A stretch of DNA of 23,413 nucleotides from Candidatus Eiseniibacteriota bacterium (lineage in GTDB: Bacteria; Eisenbacteria; RBG-16-71-46). The position numbers and the translations under genes were made by a program. A model generated the notes under the pieces. The model was given only the letters and a program-made list of their open reading frames with translations, ran no database searches and had not been told where the DNA came from. The stretch is taken from contig JBGAOA010000058.1 of NCBI GenBank assembly GCA_044222065.1, forward strand, positions 3,503 to 26,915, written 5' to 3'. The stretch's first letter is position 1, and each line of letters opens with the position of its first letter. This document shows, piece after piece, positions 17,089-23,413 of the stretch.

Positions 17089-18310
17089 CGCCCCGCGGCG
17101 TCGCGCACGGGCGCTCGCGCTCGCGCTCGTCGGCCTGATCGCGACGGCGGCGGTTGCGCGGGCGTTCGCCCTCGCGCTCCTCGGCCTGATCGCGACGGCG
17201 GCGGTCGTCGCGTCCCAGCCGCTGTCGGCGCTGTCGGTCAACGTGGACGAGGTGACGAGCGGCGCCAAGTCCTCGATCGTCACGATCGTCGCGAGCCGGC
17301 AGAAAGCCGCGTCGGCGCGCCGAAGCTCGAAGCCGGTCGCCCGGACCGTGACGCGCGTGGGCTCGGGCGTCGCGATCGAGCCCGCGCTGCTGCTGACGAC
17401 GGCGAGCGTCGTCGAGGATGCCGAGCACATCCGCGTCCGCGCCGCGAACGGACTCGAGTCCGACGGCAAGGTCGTCGCGCTCGATCCCGTGTTCAACCTC
17501 GCACTCGTCCGGGTGGATCAGCTTCGACTTCCGCCGCTGCCGCTCGCGGAGCCGCGCATCATCCAGCCCGGCGACTGGGTCATCACCCTTGCGACTTCGT
17601 ATCGCGCCCAGTCGGTCCAGTCCGTGGGCTACGTCTCGTACCGCTACAACGAGCCGCGCACGGCCCTGCTCCAGACGACGAACACGGTCTATCCGGGGAA
17701 CAGTGGCGGCGCCGCGCTCAATACGCTCGGGCAGCTCATCGGCCTCATCCAGGGCGAGCTGAGCGCTCCCGATCCCTCGCTCGTCGCGCAGGGCGACGCG
17801 CGGCCGTCGGGCAACAGCTTCCTGCTGCCAATCGACGTCCTGCGGCGCATCCTGCCGCAGCTCCGGCAGCACGGCCGCGTTCCGCACGGTTACTTCGGCG
17901 CGACGATGAGCGAGGCCGCGGTCGAGAGCGAGTCGCAGCCGGGAAGCCGGGTTCCGATCGGCGCGCTCATCGAGAGCGTCGTTCCGGGAGGTCCCGCCGA
18001 CCGCGCCGGACTCGCGGCGCGCGACCTCGTCGTCGGCTTCGACCTCGAGCGCGTCGAATACCCCGCGCAGCTCGCGCGCTGGGTCAGCATGAGCCGCCCC
18101 GGCACGGCGGTGCGCATCACGTTCGTGCGCGACGAGGAGCGGCGCGTGACGAACGTGCGCCTCACCGAGTCGCCGTACGCGGCTCCGCAGTGGGCGAACG
18201 TCGCGGCGTCCGCGCCCGGGAACGGGCGGATCGCCGAGATCGAGCGACAGATCCGGAAGCTCGACAAGGAGCTCCAGGAACTGAAGTCCCCGGACAGCGT
18301 GCGCCGCTGA
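17063..18310 (+). CDS. HtrA/DegS-like trypsin-PDZ protein with a degenerate catalytic triad
   Basis: GSGVAI, LQTTNTVYPGNSGG and one PDZ domain (VVPGGPADRAGLAARDLV). The His position reads LTTASVV and the Asp position reads FNLALV. Confidence 0.88.
   Translation: MSTASSRSDAPRRRARALALALVGLIATAAVARAFALALLGLIATAAVVASQPLSALSVNVDEVTSGAKSSIVTIVASRQKAASARRSSKPVARTVTRVGSGVAIEPALLLTTASVVEDAEHIRVRAANGLESDGKVVALDPVFNLALVRVDQLRLPPLPLAEPRIIQPGDWVITLATSYRAQSVQSVGYVSYRYNEPRTALLQTTNTVYPGNSGGAALNTLGQLIGLIQGELSAPDPSLVAQGDARPSGNSFLLPIDVLRRILPQLRQHGRVPHGYFGATMSEAAVESESQPGSRVPIGALIESVVPGGPADRAGLAARDLVVGFDLERVEYPAQLARWVSMSRPGTAVRITFVRDEERRVTNVRLTESPYAAPQWANVAASAPGNGRIAEIERQIRKLDKELQELKSPDSVRR
17105..17206 (+). repeat. 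51-nt tandem duplication in the N-terminal hydrophobic segment
   Basis: ARALALALVGLIATAAV and ARAFALALLGLIATAAV; 5 mismatches in 51 nt. Confidence 0.9.
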
Positions 18311-18359
18311 CGCCGGCTCCGCTCGCCGCTCCACGCGAGCGCGTGTAGAGTGCCGCGCC

Positions 18360-19466
18360 ATGTCCGCTTCGCTCACGCTGCGATTCCGCCGCGCCTCCGC
18401 CGTATCGCGAATCGCCTTCGCGACGCGCGGCCTCGCGGGGCTCGGCGCCTTCGCGTGCGGCGTCGCGCCGGCGCGCGCGGCGCTGCTCGTCACCGACCGG
18501 CGCGTGGGCGCGCTCCACGGCGCCGCGGCGCGGCGATCGCTGGAGCGGGCGGGGTACGACGTCGCGACGCTCGTCCTGCCCGCGGGCGAGCGCACGAAGC
18601 GTCCGGCGGCGCTCGCCCGCGTGTGGAGCGCGTGCGCCGCGGCACGGCTCGGGCGGAGCGAGCCGGTCGTGGCGCTCGGCGGCGGCGTGATCGGAGACCT
18701 CGCGGGCTTCGCCGCCTCGACCTGGCAGCGCGGGACGCCGTGGATCGCCGTGCCGACGACGCTGCTCGCGCAGGTGGACGCGAGCGTCGGGGGCAAGACC
18801 GCCGTGGACCTCGCCGAGGGCAAGAACCTCGCGGGCTCGTTCCACCAGCCCGCCGGCGTCTACGTGGATTCCGCCGTGCTCGACACGCTTCCGCCCCGTC
18901 ACTTCCGCGCCGGGCTCGCCGAGATCGCGAAGATCGCGTTCGCGTGCGACGCGGCCTTCTTCCGCGGCCTCGAGCGGTCGGCCGCGGCGCTCGCGCTCCG
19001 CGAGCGGCGCGCGGTGCGCGCGACGATCGAGCGCGCGATCCGGCTCAAGGCGCGGGTCGTGCTCGCGGACGAGACCGAGCGCGAGGGGGGGCCTCGCACC
19101 GCGCTCAACTTCGGGCACACGCTCGCGCACGCGCTCGAAGCGGCGCTCGACTACCGGGGGCTGCTCCACGGCGAGGCGGTCGCCATCGGCTGCCGCGTTG
19201 CGGCCGCGCTCTCGGTCGAAGCCGCGGGCCTCGCGCCGCGCGATCGCGCCCGGCTCGAGGCGCTCCTCGACCTCTTCGGCCTCCCGGATCGCATCCCCGG
19301 CCTGCGCGTCCCCGCGCTCGAAGCGGCGATGGCGCTCGACAAGAAGCGCGCGCGCGCCGGAGTGCGCTGGGTGTTGACGCCCCGAATCGGCTTTGCTAGC
19401 GTGCCGCGCCTGATTGAAAGCCGGCTCGTTCGAGCGGCTCTACGTGAAGCCGGGGCGCGCAGTTAG
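18360..19466 (+). CDS. aroB: 3-dehydroquinate synthase
   Basis: GGGVIGDLAGF, PTTLLAQVDASVGGKT, GKNL, LNFGHTLAHALE, HGEAVAIG, DKK. Confidence 0.96.
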   Translation: MSASLTLRFRRASAVSRIAFATRGLAGLGAFACGVAPARAALLVTDRRVGALHGAAARRSLERAGYDVATLVLPAGERTKRPAALARVWSACAAARLGRSEPVVALGGGVIGDLAGFAASTWQRGTPWIAVPTTLLAQVDASVGGKTAVDLAEGKNLAGSFHQPAGVYVDSAVLDTLPPRHFRAGLAEIAKIAFACDAAFFRGLERSAAALALRERRAVRATIERAIRLKARVVLADETEREGGPRTALNFGHTLAHALEAALDYRGLLHGEAVAIGCRVAAALSVEAAGLAPRDRARLEALLDLFGLPDRIPGLRVPALEAAMALDKKRARAGVRWVLTPRIGFASVPRLIESRLVRAALREAGARS

Positions 19467-19487
19467 CGCGCCTCGCCCAGGAGAACG

Positions 19488-19937
19488 GTGCCCCGCTTTC
19501 TCGTCCTGCACGGCCCCAACCTGAATCTGTTGGGCACGCGCGAACCCGAGGTCTACGGTCGCGTCACGCTGGACGAAGTGAACCGCCGACTCGAGTCGCT
19601 CGCGGCCGAGTTGGGGTGCGAGGTCGAGTGCATGCAGAGCAACCACGAAGGCGTGCTCATCGATGCGCTCCACGGTGCCGGTTCCCGCGCCCACGGTGTC
19701 CTCCTGAATCCGGGCGGACTCACGCACACGAGCGTCGCCCTGCGGGACGCAGTGAGCGCGATTCGCGTCCCGGTCGTCGAGGTGCACCTTTCCAACATCC
19801 ACGCGCGCGAGACGTTCCGCCGCGTGTCCACCGTGTCGGGCGCCGCGCTCGGAGTCGTCCAGGGCTTCGGCGCCGACAGCTACCTGCTCGGGCTTCGAGC
19901 CCTGGCCGGTCATTGCTCCCGTGGCCAAAGCGCGTAA
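19488..19937 (+). CDS. aroQ: Type II 3-dehydroquinate dehydratase
   Basis: [50 protein letters not shown]. Confidence 0.97.
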   Translation: MPRFLVLHGPNLNLLGTREPEVYGRVTLDEVNRRLESLAAELGCEVECMQSNHEGVLIDALHGAGSRAHGVLLNPGGLTHTSVALRDAVSAIRVPVVEVHLSNIHARETFRRVSTVSGAALGVVQGFGADSYLLGLRALAGHCSRGQSA

Positions 19938-20493
19938 ATCCCGCAAATCCGCCGTTTCGACGGCCTCCAAAGGCGTCAAGTCACGCCCGGCTCCGACCGA
20001 TAACGCCGGCGGTGCCCTGATGGGCGGACTTGGACTGTCGGACCTCCGGCAGCTGATCCGTCTCGTGCAGCGCACCGGCATCGGCGAGTTGGAGGTGACG
20101 GAAGGCGGTCGTTCCGTCCGCATCTCGGCTCACGCGGCGCACTCGGCCCCGGTGGCGTATGCCGCTCCGGTTCCGATGGCCGCACCGGTCGCCGAACCGA
20201 AGGCCGGCGCCTCGGGAGCGACGTCTCCCGCTGCGCCTCCGACAAACGAGAGGCTCGTTGCGATTACGTCTCCGATGGTGGGGACGTTCTACCGCGCTCC
20301 GGCACCGGACGCGGACCCGTACGTGGACAGGGGCGACGTGGTGGATGTGGGCCAGACGGTCTGCATCGTCGAAGCCATGAAGCTCATGAACACGATCGAG
20401 TCCGAGGTGAAGGGCCGCGTGGTGGAGATCCTGGTCGAGAACGCCCAGCCCGTGGAGTTCGGGCAGAAGCTGTTCCTCGTCGATCCGGCGTAA
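19921..20493 (+). CDS. accB: Biotin carboxyl carrier protein (start GTG 19921 or ATG 20020)
   Basis: [13 protein letters not shown], the EAMKLMN biotinylation motif and [10 protein letters not shown]. Confidence 0.95.
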   Translation: MAKARKSRKSAVSTASKGVKSRPAPTDNAGGALMGGLGLSDLRQLIRLVQRTGIGELEVTEGGRSVRISAHAAHSAPVAYAAPVPMAAPVAEPKAGASGATSPAAPPTNERLVAITSPMVGTFYRAPAPDADPYVDRGDVVDVGQTVCIVEAMKLMNTIESEVKGRVVEILVENAQPVEFGQKLFLVDPA

Positions 20494-20522
20494 TCGCTGC
20501 GGGCCCCGTTCGGGAGACGGGG

Positions 20523-21725
20523 ATGAACATCCGCAGCGTGCTGGAGAAGATGATCGCGGCCCACGCGAGCGATCTGCACTTGAAGGCAGGGACGCCTCCC
20601 GTCGTGCGTGTGGACGGCGTGCTCTACACGCTCGACGAGCCGCCGCCGACCTCGGCCGAGCTGCGTGAGGTCGTGAACCAGCTCCTGAACGAGGAGCAGC
20701 GCCTCTACTTCTCGACCCACAGCGAGATCGATTTCGCGTTCGGCGTGTCGGGCCTCGCGCGCTTCCGCGCCAATATCTTCATGCAGCGCGGCACGCCGGC
20801 GCTCGCGTTGCGGCACGTCCCGGTCGAGGTGCCGTCCATCGAGGACCTGCACCTGCCGCCGGTCGTGCGCGAGCTCGCGTTCTCGCACCGCGGCATGATG
20901 CTCGTCACGGGCCGCACCGGCTCGGGCAAGTCCACGACGCTCGCCGCGATGATCGACTCGATCAACAAGACGACGACGCGCAACATCATCACGGTCGAGG
21001 ACCCGATCGAGTTCCTCCACCGCGACCGCCTGTCGTTCATCCACCAGCGCGAAGTCGGCCTCGACACCGCGTCGTTCCACGACGGCCTGCGCTACGTGCT
21101 GCGCCAGGACCCCGACATCATCCTCGTCGGCGAAATCCGCAACGTCGAGACCATGATGACGGCGCTCATGGCCGCCGACACGGGCCACCTCGTCATGTCC
21201 ACGCTGCACACGACCGACGTCGTCCAGACGCTGCAGCGCATCATCTCGTTCTACCCTCCGCACCAGCACGACGAAGTGCGGCTGTCGCTCGCCTCGAACC
21301 TGCAGGCCGTGATCTGCCAGCGCCTGATCCCGCGCAAGGACGGCGCGGGCCGCGTGCCGTCGGTCGAGATCATGGTGAGCACGCCGACGATCCGCGAGTA
21401 CATCCTCGATGCCGAGAAGACGCCGCTGCTGCGCGGAATCATCGCCGAGGGCAACACGCAGTACGGCATGCAGACCTTCGACCAGTCGGTGCTGCAGCTG
21501 CTGCGCGAAGGCCTGATCAGCGAGGACGAGGCGCTCAAGAACTGCAACAACCCGAACGAGCTGCGCCTCAAGCTCAAGGGCATCTCCGCGACCTCCGACC
21601 GCACGTGGCAGTCCGTGGACGCCGCGACGGGAGAGGGCAAGGACCTCGGTGGCATGACCGGACTCGTGAGCGGCGGAAGTCCTGCGTCGCCGGCGAGCCG
21701 GCCGAACTGGATGTCGAACGAGTAG
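20523..21725 (+). CDS. pilT: Type IV pilus retraction ATPase, PilT/PilU family
   Basis: ASDLHL, RFRANIF, Walker [30 protein letters not shown], His box [17 protein letters not shown]. Confidence 0.92.
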   Translation: MNIRSVLEKMIAAHASDLHLKAGTPPVVRVDGVLYTLDEPPPTSAELREVVNQLLNEEQRLYFSTHSEIDFAFGVSGLARFRANIFMQRGTPALALRHVPVEVPSIEDLHLPPVVRELAFSHRGMMLVTGRTGSGKSTTLAAMIDSINKTTTRNIITVEDPIEFLHRDRLSFIHQREVGLDTASFHDGLRYVLRQDPDIILVGEIRNVETMMTALMAADTGHLVMSTLHTTDVVQTLQRIISFYPPHQHDEVRLSLASNLQAVICQRLIPRKDGAGRVPSVEIMVSTPTIREYILDAEKTPLLRGIIAEGNTQYGMQTFDQSVLQLLREGLISEDEALKNCNNPNELRLKLKGISATSDRTWQSVDAATGEGKDLGGMTGLVSGGSPASPASRPNWMSNE

Positions 21726-21750
21726 TCGTCCGGGAGCACGAGAGAGCCGG

Positions 21751-21793
21751 AACGCGGCGCCCGCGGGGGAGACCCCGCGGGCGTTCGCCGTTT
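21751..21793 (+). terminator. GC hairpin after pilT, probable terminator
   Basis: GCGCCCGCGGGG-gaga-CCCCGCGGGCGT followed by TCGCCGTTT. Confidence 0.55.
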
Positions 21794-21925
21794 CAGCGCG
21801 CGACGCCGCGCGCGGCTGACACGCCGCGGCGGACGTGGTATCCCTCAGCGCCCTTCGCGTGCGCACGTTGTGCCGCGCCGCGAACGACACGACGTCCCGC
21901 CGCGGACCCGGAGAGCCGTGCCGCC

Positions 21926-23296
<1,371 letters not shown>

Positions 23297-23321
23297 GGGC
23301 GCGCGCGCGCGGAGGGCCGCC

Positions 23322-23413
23322 GTGCGCGTCCGCGTCGCGCTGACGCCCGCGGCGGTGCGGCGCGAGCCCGCCGACTTCGTGCGCGCCGCCGACGCCGTCG
23401 TCGTGGACGTGCT
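23322..23413 (+). CDS. Start of a probable 2-phosphosulfolactate phosphatase (ComB family), 3' truncated
   Basis: GGAGG SD and GTG start. MRVRVALTP...AVVVDVL resembles the ComB N-terminal VVIDVLRA motif. Only about 30 codons are visible. Confidence 0.55.
   Translation, partial: MRVRVALTPAAVRREPADFVRAADAVVVDV

Overview
Very GC-rich bacterial chromosome segment, mostly housekeeping. The T9SS/FlgD-like C-terminal sorting domain and the gene order suggest an FCB-related lineage such as Ca. Eisenbacteria (inference only). Gene order: 3' end of a secreted protein with a sorting domain; a DUF2087 gene (minus strand) with a long structured leader; sucC-sucD-ndk; yceD-rpmF-plsX-fabH-fabD-fabG-acpP-fabF-rnc; a ~390-bp intergenic region; an orphan NtrC-family regulator (minus strand); TPR protein, ECF sigma factor, zf-HC2 anti-sigma factor and HtrA-like protein; aroB-aroQ-accB-pilT-accC; and the start of a probable comB-like phosphatase. 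No rRNA, tRNA, CRISPR array or mobile element was seen. Best leads: (1) a probable unannotated structured small RNA at ~12259-12422 on the minus strand, just downstream of the NtrC-family gene, with enhancer-like sites, an IHF-like site and a terminator; (2) an HtrA homologue in the ECF operon that has lost its catalytic His and Asp; (3) long charged low-complexity extensions on RNase III and SucD; (4) the DUF2087 leader; (5) a PilT/PilU ATPase placed between accB and accC.
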